From contig CAXBDR010000001.1 of the NCBI GenBank assembly GCA_963974265.1, positions 902-64,901 on the forward strand: DNA of 64,000 bases, given 5' to 3'. Positions 1 through 8,755 of the stretch are shown one piece after another; position 1 is the first letter of the stretch; each line of letters begins with the position of its first letter. The notes beneath the pieces were generated by a model. The model was not told the DNA's origin. It saw nothing but the letters and a program-made list of their open reading frames with translations, and ran no database searches. A program made the translations under genes and the position numbers. Source of the stretch: an uncultured Rhodoferax sp. GTDB lineage: Bacteria; Pseudomonadota; Gammaproteobacteria; Burkholderiales; Burkholderiaceae_C.

Positions 1-1303
1 ACACGAACCACTGCATGATGAAGTTCGGATCGTGCTTGCCGCTGAAACGCGCCATGTACAGGTCCAGGTTCTTGCCGGTGTCGCCCTTGCCGGCGCTCCA
101 GTAGGTGCCACCGGGCTGGGCGTCGACCTCGATGGCGACGCCGATCTCGGCCAGCAAGGCCTGCGCCACCAGGGCCATGTTCTGGTACTCGCTCTGGTTC
201 AGGATGGTCAGGCGCAGCTTGACGTTGGATGCGCCCGCGGCGGCCAGCAAGGCCTTGGCCTCGGCGACGTTGCGCTTGTACACCGGTGCCTCGCGCCAGT
301 GCCCGGCCACCAGCGGCGGCAGCAGCGTGTTCAGGCGCGGCGCCTTGCCGTTGTAGCCGGCCATCAGCATCTGGTCCACGTCCAGTCCCAGCCGGATCGC
401 CTGGCGTACACGCACGTCGGCCAGCGGGCCCTTCTCCATGTTCATGCCCATCCAGACATATGCCAGCGAGGGCTGGTCGCTCACGGTCAGGCCGGCGACG
501 CCGCGAAGCGGGTCGGCGGCGGCCGGCGCCAGCACCGCGAAATCGATCTCGCCGGCGCGCAGTGCCAGCTCGGCCGTCTTGGTGTCGGTGATCACGCGCA
601 GGTTGATCTCGTCGAAGCCGCCCTTGCGCACGCCCTTGTAGGCCGGATTGCGCTGCAGCTGAATGCCTTTCTGGCGGTCATAGGAGGCAATCTTGTAGGG
701 CCCGGAACCCACCGGCTTGGTCACATGGTCGGCGCCGCGCTGCGTTACCGCTTTCTTCGACACGATGCAGCCCGAGAAGTCGCCGATCGCGACGTCGATG
801 ACATTGGCGCGGGGCTCGGACAACACGATGCGGCCCTCGTATTTGCTCTTGACCTCGACCGACACCAGGTGGATCCAGTCGTTCTTGTAGCTCGATGCCT
901 TGCTGCCGTCCTTCGGGTCCTGGGCGATACGCTCGAACGAGAACTTGACGTCCTCGGCCGTCATCTCGCCGAAGCCGTCGGTGAACATCTGGCCGGGCTT
1001 GAGCTTGAAGTCGTAGGTGGTCGGCGAGCTCTGCTTGAATTCCTGCGCCGCATCGAGCTCGAACTCGGTCGAGTTGGGCTTGCGCACCATCAGGAACTGG
1101 AACACCGCGCCGGCCACGTCGCCGTCGTACGGCGAGGCGCGGTGGAACGGGTCGATACCGGTGAATTCCCGCGGCACGCGCACCGTGACCGAGGGATGGG
1201 TCTTGCCGCCCGCTTGCGCGCGCGCCGCGAAGGGCAGTCCGAACAGGGCCAGGCCGGCAGCGCCGGAGGCGATCAGGTCACGCCGAGAAATGTGCTTGTG
1301 CAT
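1..1303 (-). CDS. ABC transporter substrate-binding protein, family 5 (Dpp/Opp type), Tat-exported; 3' end runs off the window
   Basis: Manual minus-strand translation MHKHISRRDLIASGAAG (twin-Arg), then FKLKPGQMFTDG..MTAEDVKFSFER and PVGSGPYK; GGAG RBS upstream. The + strand 430-aa ORF in the track is its shadow. Confidence 0.9.
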   Translation of the reverse strand, partial: MHKHISRRDLIASGAAGLALFGLPFAARAQAGGKTHPSVTVRVPREFTGIDPFHRASPYDGDVAGAVFQFLMVRKPNSTEFELDAAQEFKQSSPTTYDFKLKPGQMFTDGFGEMTAEDVKFSFERIAQDPKDGSKASSYKNDWIHLVSVEVKSKYEGRIVLSEPRANVIDVAIGDFSGCIVSKKAVTQRGADHVTKPVGSGPYKIASYDRQKGIQLQRNPAYKGVRKGGFDEINLRVITDTKTAELALRAGEIDFAVLAPAAADPLRGVAGLTVSDQPSLAYVWMGMNMEKGPLADVRVRQAIRLGLDVDQMLMAGYNGKAPRLNTLLPPLVAGHWREAPVYKRNVAEAKALLAAAGASNVKLRLTILNQSEYQNMALVAQALLAEIGVAIEVDAQPGGTYWSAGKGDTGKNLDLYMARFSGKHDPNFIMQWFV

Positions 1304-1393
1304 GGCAACGCTCCAGGAAGATAAAAGAAAAAAACAATGACAAGGTGGACGCATGCGCGGCGGCCGCGGCACACCGCGCCTGCGTCCGGCGGA

Positions 1394-2398
1394 TCAATGG
1401 AATCGCAGCTTCTGGCCCAGGCCCATGCGCTTGGCCTTCTCCAGCATGGCGTGGCCCAGCGCGATGTCGCTCAGCGACAGGCCGCGGTGCCAGAACAGGA
1501 TGGTTTCGTCGTCGCTCTCGCGCCCGGGCTTGAGCCCGGCGACGATCTGCCCCAGTTCCGCGTGCAGGGTCTGTGCCGACAACTTGCCGGCCTCGACGTG
1601 GGCGCGCAAGGAGCCGAACGGGCCGCCCTTGCACTGGCCCCAGTCGTCGACGACCATCTTGGACATGATGTCGGTCAGGCTGAGTTCGACCGCGCTCATC
1701 GTGCCGTATGGCACGACAAAGGCGCCGGGCTTGATCCACTCGGTCTTGAGCATGGGCTCGGGCGCGCGCAGCCGGGTCGCCTCGACGACGATGTCGGCGC
1801 CCTCCACGGTGTCCTGCCAGTTGTCGCACACGCGCACCGGCTTGCCCAGGTCCTTGGACAGGCGCGCACCGAAGGCATCGCGGCTTTCGGGACGCGCCGA
1901 ATGCACGCGGATCTCCTCGAAATCGAACAACTTGTCGAGCAGGCGCACGTTCCAATACGCGGTGCCGCGCGCGCCGACATGGCCCAGGATCTTGGAGTTC
2001 TTGCGCGCCAGGTGCTTGGCGCCCAGGGCCGTGATCGCGCCGGTGCGCATGTCGGTGATGGCGGTCGCGTTGACGATGGCGATCGGCACGCCGGTGCGCG
2101 GATCGAACAGGTTGAGCATGCCCAGCTCGGACGGCAGGCCCAGCTTGTAGTTGTCGACGAAGTCGCCCACGACCTTGACGCCGGCCAGGTCCATCGGCGC
2201 GCCGATGGCACCGCGCAACACGTTGAAGTGACCGTCGACCCCGGCCTTGGGCGCCAGGTGCACGCGCGGCTCGATGACGCAGCTGCCGCGGCCTTGTGCG
2301 GCCAGGCTGGATTCGATCGCCTGCAGCGTCTCGTCGTCCGTGAGAGCCAGTTCGGCGATGTCCACGCCATTGAGATAAGTCAGGTAGCTGGGTTCCAT
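1394..2398 (-). CDS. Ornithine cyclodeaminase/mu-crystallin family protein
   Basis: C-terminal part of ORF 1394..3553 from MEPSYLTYL; ITDMRTGA, GHVGARGTA Rossmann motif, HAELGQIVAG..GRESDDETILFWHRGLSLSDIALG. Confidence 0.9.
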   Translation of the reverse strand: MEPSYLTYLNGVDIAELALTDDETLQAIESSLAAQGRGSCVIEPRVHLAPKAGVDGHFNVLRGAIGAPMDLAGVKVVGDFVDNYKLGLPSELGMLNLFDPRTGVPIAIVNATAITDMRTGAITALGAKHLARKNSKILGHVGARGTAYWNVRLLDKLFDFEEIRVHSARPESRDAFGARLSKDLGKPVRVCDNWQDTVEGADIVVEATRLRAPEPMLKTEWIKPGAFVVPYGTMSAVELSLTDIMSKMVVDDWGQCKGGPFGSLRAHVEAGKLSAQTLHAELGQIVAGLKPGRESDDETILFWHRGLSLSDIALGHAMLEKAKRMGLGQKLRFH

Positions 2399-2451
2399 GG
2401 TGTCGTTTGTCGTGTGAGTGAATGAATCGGTGGGTGGAAGAAGAATCGCGG

Positions 2452-3996
2452 TCAGAGCGCGCGCAGCGCGTGGCCGGCCATGACCGGACGCAGCGCGTCG
2501 CGCAGCTGCCGCGCGAGGTCCTTGCCGAACAGCGCCGCCTGCACGCGCATCGCGTCCGGGCCGCTGGGACGGTCCGCCTGCAGCATGGGCACGGCGGAGC
2601 GCACCGCATCGAACACGGCCTGCGTGCCCCGGCCCAGCTGCGCGCCGCCACGCAGGTCCACGGCCTGCGCCGCGACCATGGCCTCGATCGCGACCAGGGC
2701 ACGCATCAGTTCGAGTTGCTCGTGCAGCTTGCGCACGCACAACATCGCATGGGTGGCATGGTCCTCGACCGTCTCGGAGACCACCAGCGCGTCCAGGCTG
2801 GCCGGCGTGGCCTTCAGCCGGATCTCGGCATGCAGGGCGGCGACGGTCTTTTGCAGGGAATTGAATCCGGTGCTGGCACCACCGACCGGCGACAGGTATT
2901 TCGGCAGGCCGCTGAGGTGGGCCGTCTGCAGCTTGATCATGCGTTGCGCGCCGGCCGTGGCCAACTGCACCAGCGCGATGGCCATGCTGTCGAATGTCAA
3001 CGCGATCATCGGCGGATGGAAGTTCGGCGACGACAACATCTGCTGCTCGGCGGCAAACACCAGCGGGTTGTCCGACGTGCCGTTGATCTCGGTGTCGACG
3101 GCCTCGCACAGATGGGCGAAGGCGGCGTGGCCGGCGCCGAAGACCTGGGCCATGGTGCGAAACGAGATCGCGTCCTGGATCGCGCGCGGCGGCTGTTCGG
3201 CCAGTGCGCTGCCCTCGAGCAGGGCACGAAACAGGGTCGCCACCGCCGATTGGGCACCGGCCGGGCGCGCGGCCGCGATGCGCGGATCGAACACGGTGAG
3301 GTTGGCGGCATATCCCTCGTCCGCCAGCGCCGCGACGGCCGCGCCCACCAGCAGCAGGTCGGCCAACTCGCAGGCCGCGACCGCCGCGTAGCCGGTGGTC
3401 AGCGGGCTGGCATTGATCAGGCCCAGTCCGTCCTTGGCCTGCAAGGCCACCGGCGCCAGCCCGGCCGCATCCAGCGCCTGTGCGCCGGTGAGCCGCCGGC
3501 CCTGGTACCAGGCTTCGCCCTGGCCGATCACCGGTGCGGCCATGTGGGCACACAGGCCGAGATCGCCGGCGCTGATCGAGCCGCGCATCGGCACCAACGG
3601 CGTGATGCCATGGTCCAGCAGGTCCATGACGGCCTGCGCCGCCTGCGGGCTGACACCGGTTCCGCCGCGCGCGAAACCGATCACGCGCACCAGTTGCGCC
3701 GCCCGCACCACGTCCATCGGCAGCGGTTCGCCCATTCCGATCATGCGACCCAGGATGATCTGCTGCTGGTAGGCGACGACCTCGTCCGCGTCGAGCCGGT
3801 AACCCAGGTTGCCGCCCAGGCCGGTATTGAGCCCGTAGACCGGCGCGCCGTCCGCGATGTGTTGCTGCACGACCGCGCGGTCGGCCTGCAGGCGTTGCAG
3901 CGCCGCCGGCGCATACGCAAAACGATCCGTGCCACGCGCCATCGCCACCAGCGTGTCGTGGCGGATGAACGCGGAATCGATGATGTGTTGTGGCAT
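2452..3996 (-). CDS. Histidine/aromatic ammonia-lyase-fold protein lacking the canonical ASG (MIO) tripeptide
   Basis: VYGLNTGLG, KDGLGLIN, QDAISFR, EINGTSDNP, EDH motifs; MIO region reads GSISAGDL instead of GSVGASGDL. Confidence 0.85.
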   Translation of the reverse strand: MPQHIIDSAFIRHDTLVAMARGTDRFAYAPAALQRLQADRAVVQQHIADGAPVYGLNTGLGGNLGYRLDADEVVAYQQQIILGRMIGMGEPLPMDVVRAAQLVRVIGFARGGTGVSPQAAQAVMDLLDHGITPLVPMRGSISAGDLGLCAHMAAPVIGQGEAWYQGRRLTGAQALDAAGLAPVALQAKDGLGLINASPLTTGYAAVAACELADLLLVGAAVAALADEGYAANLTVFDPRIAAARPAGAQSAVATLFRALLEGSALAEQPPRAIQDAISFRTMAQVFGAGHAAFAHLCEAVDTEINGTSDNPLVFAAEQQMLSSPNFHPPMIALTFDSMAIALVQLATAGAQRMIKLQTAHLSGLPKYLSPVGGASTGFNSLQKTVAALHAEIRLKATPASLDALVVSETVEDHATHAMLCVRKLHEQLELMRALVAIEAMVAAQAVDLRGGAQLGRGTQAVFDAVRSAVPMLQADRPSGPDAMRVQAALFGKDLARQLRDALRPVMAGHALRAL

Positions 3997-4172
3997 GGCG
4001 GCGTGGATCTCGGCGGCGTTGTGTGCGGTTGCGTCGGGTCGTACAAGGACCGTGCGCCGAAGATTAGTGGCAGCACCATGACAAGTAAAATTCAGAATTC
4101 TTAGGGCTTCATATTGGAAAAGCTCATGCACCAACATGGTTGGCCTCGCGCAGGCGCTTTCGGCCGGCGCGG

Positions 4173-5093
4173 ATGAATTTTTCGCTGCGCCAGATCCGCT
4201 ATTTCCTGGCCACCGCGCAACTTGGACAGGTGTCGCGCGCGGCCGAACAACTGCATGTCTCGCAATCGGCGGTCACGCTGTCGATCCGCGACCTCGAACG
4301 CGACCTGGGTTATGCACTGTTCCGGCGCGAGTCCCATGGTATGGAATTGACCGACGATGGCCGCCAGTTCATGTCCCATGCGCTCGAGATCGAGAGCGCG
4401 ATCGAGAAGGTCGGCAACATCGCGCGCAGCGATGAATTTGCTGGCGACATCACGCTGGCGGCCAGCAGCACGGTGGTTGGGTATTTCCTGCCCGAACACA
4501 TCCACCGCCTGTCCGAACTGCATCCCCGCCTGCGGATCTCGCTCCTCGAGCGCGATCGTCCCCAGATCATGGCTGGATTGCTGGCAGGCGAATTCCCGTT
4601 GGCGCTATTGGTGACCTCGAACGTGCAGGACCCCGGCATCCGCACCCAGACCCTGTTCGACTCGCGCCGGCGCCTATGGGTCGCGGCAGGGCATCCACTG
4701 CTTCAGCAGCAGGAAGTGCATCTGACCGATGTCGTCGACGAGCCGCTGATGTTGCTGACCGTCGACGAGGCCGCCGACGCAGCGGCCCGCTACTGGGGCA
4801 AACACGGGCTCGAACCCAACATCCGGTTGCGCTCGACCTCGATCGAGGCGATTCGCAGCATGGTCGCCAACGGCCAGGGCGTGGCGATTGCATCGGACAT
4901 GCAATACCGGCCTTGGTCGCTCGAAGGCAAACGCGTCGAAACCGTCATGCTGGCCGACACCATCCAGCCGCTGTCCATCGGCATGGCCTGGCCCGTCGAC
5001 CGGCCGGTGGCGCCTGCGACGCAGTTGGTGCTGGACTACTTCCGCCAGCGTTATCTCGATCCGCCACTACGGCACAAGAGCGCGCGGCGCTGA
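4173..5093 (+). CDS. LysR family transcriptional regulator, divergent from the lyase operon
   Basis: MNFSLRQIRYF..VSRAAEQLHVSQSAVT HTH. Confidence 0.92.
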   Translation: MNFSLRQIRYFLATAQLGQVSRAAEQLHVSQSAVTLSIRDLERDLGYALFRRESHGMELTDDGRQFMSHALEIESAIEKVGNIARSDEFAGDITLAASSTVVGYFLPEHIHRLSELHPRLRISLLERDRPQIMAGLLAGEFPLALLVTSNVQDPGIRTQTLFDSRRRLWVAAGHPLLQQQEVHLTDVVDEPLMLLTVDEAADAAARYWGKHGLEPNIRLRSTSIEAIRSMVANGQGVAIASDMQYRPWSLEGKRVETVMLADTIQPLSIGMAWPVDRPVAPATQLVLDYFRQRYLDPPLRHKSARR

Positions 5094-5147
5094 CAAGGCC
5101 GGGACGCCGCCCGCGCGCAAGAGTTGCTCGCGCGGCCCGTGTCGGCA

Positions 5148-6044
5148 TCAGGCCACGCCGTGGGCCTTGAACCAGGCCAGCATCTCCTGCCATCCGGCCT
5201 CGGCCGCCTCCTTGCGGTAGCTCGGACGGTAGTCCGCGTGGAAGGCATGCGGCGCGCCCGGGTAGAGCACGAAGCGGCTGGCCTGCGCGTTCTTGTTGCC
5301 CGCCTTGAGCACCTCCTGCAGCCGCGCGACCTCGGCCACCGGGATGCCGTTGTCGGCGCCGCCGTACAGGCCCAGCACCGGCGCTTTCAGATTGGCGGCC
5401 ACGTCGTGCGGCGTCTGCGGCATCGTGCCCGGCACCGGGTTCAGTCCGCCGTACCAGGAGACGCCGGCCCGGATCTTGTCGCTGTGCGCCGCGTACATCC
5501 AGACCGAACGACCGCCCCGGCACATGCCGGTGATGCCGATCTTGCGCGCGTTGGCCTTGGGTTGCTTTTCGACGAAGGCCACCAGCGCATCGAGGTCGGC
5601 CAGCATCACCGGGTCGGCCAGCTTGTTGGCCTCGGCCACGACGGCGCGGATCTCGGTCAGCTTGGTCAGGTCGCCGAAGCGGAAGAACGGATCGAGCGAC
5701 ACGCCGACATAACCGAGCCTGGCCAGGCGGCGGCAGATGTCCTTCTGGTATTCGTGCAGGCCGAAGATCTCGGGCACGACGATGACGACCGGGTATTTGC
5801 CCGCCTTGGCGGGTGCGGCCATGTAGATCGGCATGTTGCCGCCGTTCACCGGCACCGTCATGTCGCCGGCCTCCAGGCCGTCGGCCGGGGTGCGGATCAC
5901 CGATTGGGCATTGACCGGACCGGCGGCCAGCGCAAAACCGACGGCGGTCGTGGCAGCAGCCATGAAGCCGCGGCGGCTCGACTGCACGGGCGGCAGCAGG
6001 CTCTCGAGATGGGGATCGGCGAAGGACAGGGAATCTTTCAGCAT
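5148..6044 (-). CDS. Dienelactone hydrolase family protein with Tat-like signal
   Basis: SRRGFM, PEIFG, GMCRGG nucleophile elbow, HAFHADYRPSY. Confidence 0.9.
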   Translation of the reverse strand: MLKDSLSFADPHLESLLPPVQSSRRGFMAAATTAVGFALAAGPVNAQSVIRTPADGLEAGDMTVPVNGGNMPIYMAAPAKAGKYPVVIVVPEIFGLHEYQKDICRRLARLGYVGVSLDPFFRFGDLTKLTEIRAVVAEANKLADPVMLADLDALVAFVEKQPKANARKIGITGMCRGGRSVWMYAAHSDKIRAGVSWYGGLNPVPGTMPQTPHDVAANLKAPVLGLYGGADNGIPVAEVARLQEVLKAGNKNAQASRFVLYPGAPHAFHADYRPSYRKEAAEAGWQEMLAWFKAHGVA

Positions 6045-6224
6045 GGTCAACTCCGGATGAGGGTCAATGAAACGGGATGGATGGACAAAGGACGGACTGC
6101 GCCTGGCGAAGGCCGCCAGATGCTGCAAACACGAGGTGGACACAATTTATACCGGATAGTTCACACTTTCGCCACGCCGGCGCCTACTGCGTACACTGGC
6201 CGTCGACCGTTGAAAGGAATGACC

Positions 6225-7571
6225 ATGTCCACCTTGTCCACCAGCACCCATGTGTTCCACCGCCACCTGCATGTCCAGCCGCCGGTCGCGACCAGCGGAC
6301 AGGGCTTGTACCTGACCGACACCGAAGGGCGCAGCTACATAGACGCATCCGGCGGTGCCGCCGTGTCCTGCCTGGGACACGGCCACCCGGACGTGATCGC
6401 CGCCATGCATGCGCAGATCGACAAGCTGGCCTATGCCCACACCAGTTTCTTCACGACCCAGGTGGCCGAGGAACTGGCCAACAACCTGATCGCCGGTGCA
6501 CCCGAAGGCATGAGCCATGTGTATTTCGTCAGCGGCGGCTCGGAGGCGATGGAGGCGGCGATGAAGATGGCGCGCCAGTATTTCGTCGAGAGCGGCCAGC
6601 CCCAGCGCCGCCACTTCATCGCGCGGCGCCAGAGTTATCACGGCAATACGCTCGGCGCGCTGGCAGTCGGCGGCAACCAATGGCGGCGCGAGCCGTTCGC
6701 GCCGATCCTGATCCCGGCCACCCATGTATCGCCGTGTTATCCCTACCGCGAACAGAAGGCCGACGAGACGCCCGAACAATATGGGGCGCGCCTGGCGCGC
6801 GAACTCGACGAGACGATCCAGAAGCTCGGACCGGACCAGGTCATCGCCTTCGTGGCCGAGACCATCGGTGGCGCCACGGCCGGCGTGCTGGTCCCGGTGC
6901 CGGGTTATTTCAAGGCGGTGCGCGAGGTCTGCGACCGCCATGGCGTTTTGCTGATCCTGGACGAGGTGATGTGCGGCATGGGCCGCTGCGGCACGCTGCA
7001 TGCGTGCGAGCAGGAAGGCGTGGTGCCCGACCTGCTGGCCATTGCCAAGGGCCTGGGCGGAGGTTACCAGCCGATCGGGGCGGTGCTGGCGCAGAACCGC
7101 GTGGTCGATGCCATGTCCAGGGGCAGCGGCTTCTTCCAGCACGGCCATACCTACCTCGGACACGCCGTGGCCTGTGCCGCGGCGCTGGCGGTGCAACGCG
7201 TGATCGAGCGCGACGGACTGCTGGCCCGGGTGCGCCAGAACAGCGTGCTGTTCGAGGCCATGCTGCGCAAGGCCTTCGGCAACCATCCGCACGTCGGAGA
7301 CATCCGCGGGCGCGGCTTCTTCTGGGGCGTCGAACTGGTGCAGGATCGGGACAGCAAGCAGCCGTTCGAACCGAAGAAAAAGCTGCACGCGCAGGTCAAG
7401 AAGCAAGGGTTTTCCCGTGGTTTGATGGTTTACCCGATGGGCGGAACGGTGGACGGCTGGTATGGTGACCATGTGTTGCTGGCCCCCCCTTTTATTGCCA
7501 GTGAAGCGGATCTGGCCCTGATCGTCGAGCGGCTGTCAGAAGCAGTGGATGCGGCGATTGCCGCCGTCTGA
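6225..7571 (+). CDS. Class III PLP-dependent aminotransferase
   Basis: YIDASGGAAVSCLGH, SGGSEA, SYHG, ILDEVMCGMGR, AKGLGGGY; AAAGGA RBS. Confidence 0.93.
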   Translation: MSTLSTSTHVFHRHLHVQPPVATSGQGLYLTDTEGRSYIDASGGAAVSCLGHGHPDVIAAMHAQIDKLAYAHTSFFTTQVAEELANNLIAGAPEGMSHVYFVSGGSEAMEAAMKMARQYFVESGQPQRRHFIARRQSYHGNTLGALAVGGNQWRREPFAPILIPATHVSPCYPYREQKADETPEQYGARLARELDETIQKLGPDQVIAFVAETIGGATAGVLVPVPGYFKAVREVCDRHGVLLILDEVMCGMGRCGTLHACEQEGVVPDLLAIAKGLGGGYQPIGAVLAQNRVVDAMSRGSGFFQHGHTYLGHAVACAAALAVQRVIERDGLLARVRQNSVLFEAMLRKAFGNHPHVGDIRGRGFFWGVELVQDRDSKQPFEPKKKLHAQVKKQGFSRGLMVYPMGGTVDGWYGDHVLLAPPFIASEADLALIVERLSEAVDAAIAAV

Positions 7572-7637
7572 ACCGCATCAAGACCGCATGCCGCAATGGC
7601 ATGTACCATCTTTCTTTTTTCAGGAGAGGAACCCACC

Positions 7638-8615
7638 ATGACCCCAAGACCCCTACTCAAGACCCTGGCCGTTGCCGCAGCATTCGCGGGCGCTTTCGCC
7701 AGTGCACCGGCCGTGGCGCAGCAGAAGTTCGTCACCATCGGCACCGGTGGCGTGACCGGTGTCTACTACGCCGCGGGCGGCGCCATCTGCCGGCTGATGA
7801 ACAAGGACCGCGCCAAGCACGGCATCCGCTGCTCGGTGGAGTCCACCGGCGGTTCGGTGTTCAACATCAACACCATCAAGGCCGGCGAACTCGACTTCGG
7901 CGTAGCCCAGTCCGACTGGCAATACCATGCCTCCAAGGGCACGGCCGTGTTCGAGAAGGACGGCGCGTTCAAGGAATTGCGCGCGGTGTTCTCGGTGCAC
8001 CCGGAGCCGTTCACGGTGCTGGCGCGCAAGGAAGCCAACATCACCAAGTTCGAAGACTTCAAGGGCAAGCGTTTCAACGTCGGCAACCCCGGCTCGGGCA
8101 CGCGCGCCTCGATGGAGTCGCTGCTCACCAGCATGGGCTGGAAAATGAGTGACTTCGCGCTGGCCTCGGAGCTCAAGGCCGACGAGCACGGCGCTGCGTT
8201 GTGCGACAACAAGATCGACGGCTTCTTCTACGGTGTCGGCCACCCGGCTGCCAACATCCAGGACCCGGTCACGACCTGCGGCGCCAAGCTGGTTCCGCTG
8301 ACCGGCCCTGCGGTCGACAAGATCGTCGCGGGTGCGCCGTATTACGCCAAGGTCGCGATCCCGGGCGGCATGTATGCCGGCAACCCGAATCCGACGCCGA
8401 CCTATGGCGTGCTGGCCACCTTCGTCTCGTCGACCAAGACCCCCGACGCGGTCGTCTATGAACTGGTCAAGGCCGTGTTCGAGAACTTCGACGACTTCAA
8501 GAAGCTGCACCCGGCGTTCGCCAACCTCGATCCGAAAGACATGATCAAGAACGGCAACTCCGCTCCGCTGCATCCGGGCGCCGTCAAGTACTACAAGGAA
8601 AAAGGCTGGATGTAA
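7638..8615 (+). CDS. TAXI family TRAP transporter solute-binding subunit
   Basis: Signal peptide, [39 protein letters not shown]. Confidence 0.93.
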   Translation: MTPRPLLKTLAVAAAFAGAFASAPAVAQQKFVTIGTGGVTGVYYAAGGAICRLMNKDRAKHGIRCSVESTGGSVFNINTIKAGELDFGVAQSDWQYHASKGTAVFEKDGAFKELRAVFSVHPEPFTVLARKEANITKFEDFKGKRFNVGNPGSGTRASMESLLTSMGWKMSDFALASELKADEHGAALCDNKIDGFFYGVGHPAANIQDPVTTCGAKLVPLTGPAVDKIVAGAPYYAKVAIPGGMYAGNPNPTPTYGVLATFVSSTKTPDAVVYELVKAVFENFDDFKKLHPAFANLDPKDMIKNGNSAPLHPGAVKYYKEKGWM

Positions 8616-8681
8616 ACGACAGGTTGAGCTCGCCCCGGCCCGCCGGGGCACGGGGCCTGTTCTTCCGGCATGGACCAGCGC

Positions 8682-8702
8682 CGGGCGGACAGGCCCTTTT
8701 TG
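8682..8702 (+). terminator. Possible weak intrinsic terminator/stabilising hairpin between the TAXI SBP and permease genes
   Basis: GGGC-ggacag-GCCC followed by TTTTT. Confidence 0.35.
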
Positions 8703-8755
8703 ATTGATGGCACGTCAGAAACACAGAACCAACACCACTATTGCGGGGGACGCCC

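Noticed and set aside
32-1324. 430-aa + strand ORF and many other long overlapping ORFs (e.g. 2422..4104, 21127..23058, 27983..30679, 49965..51887)
   Set aside because: Antisense or off-frame shadows of real genes, typical of high-GC DNA; no family motifs
2452-3996. Naming the gene hutH
   Set aside because: MIO tripeptide absent and no hutU/hutI/hutG nearby
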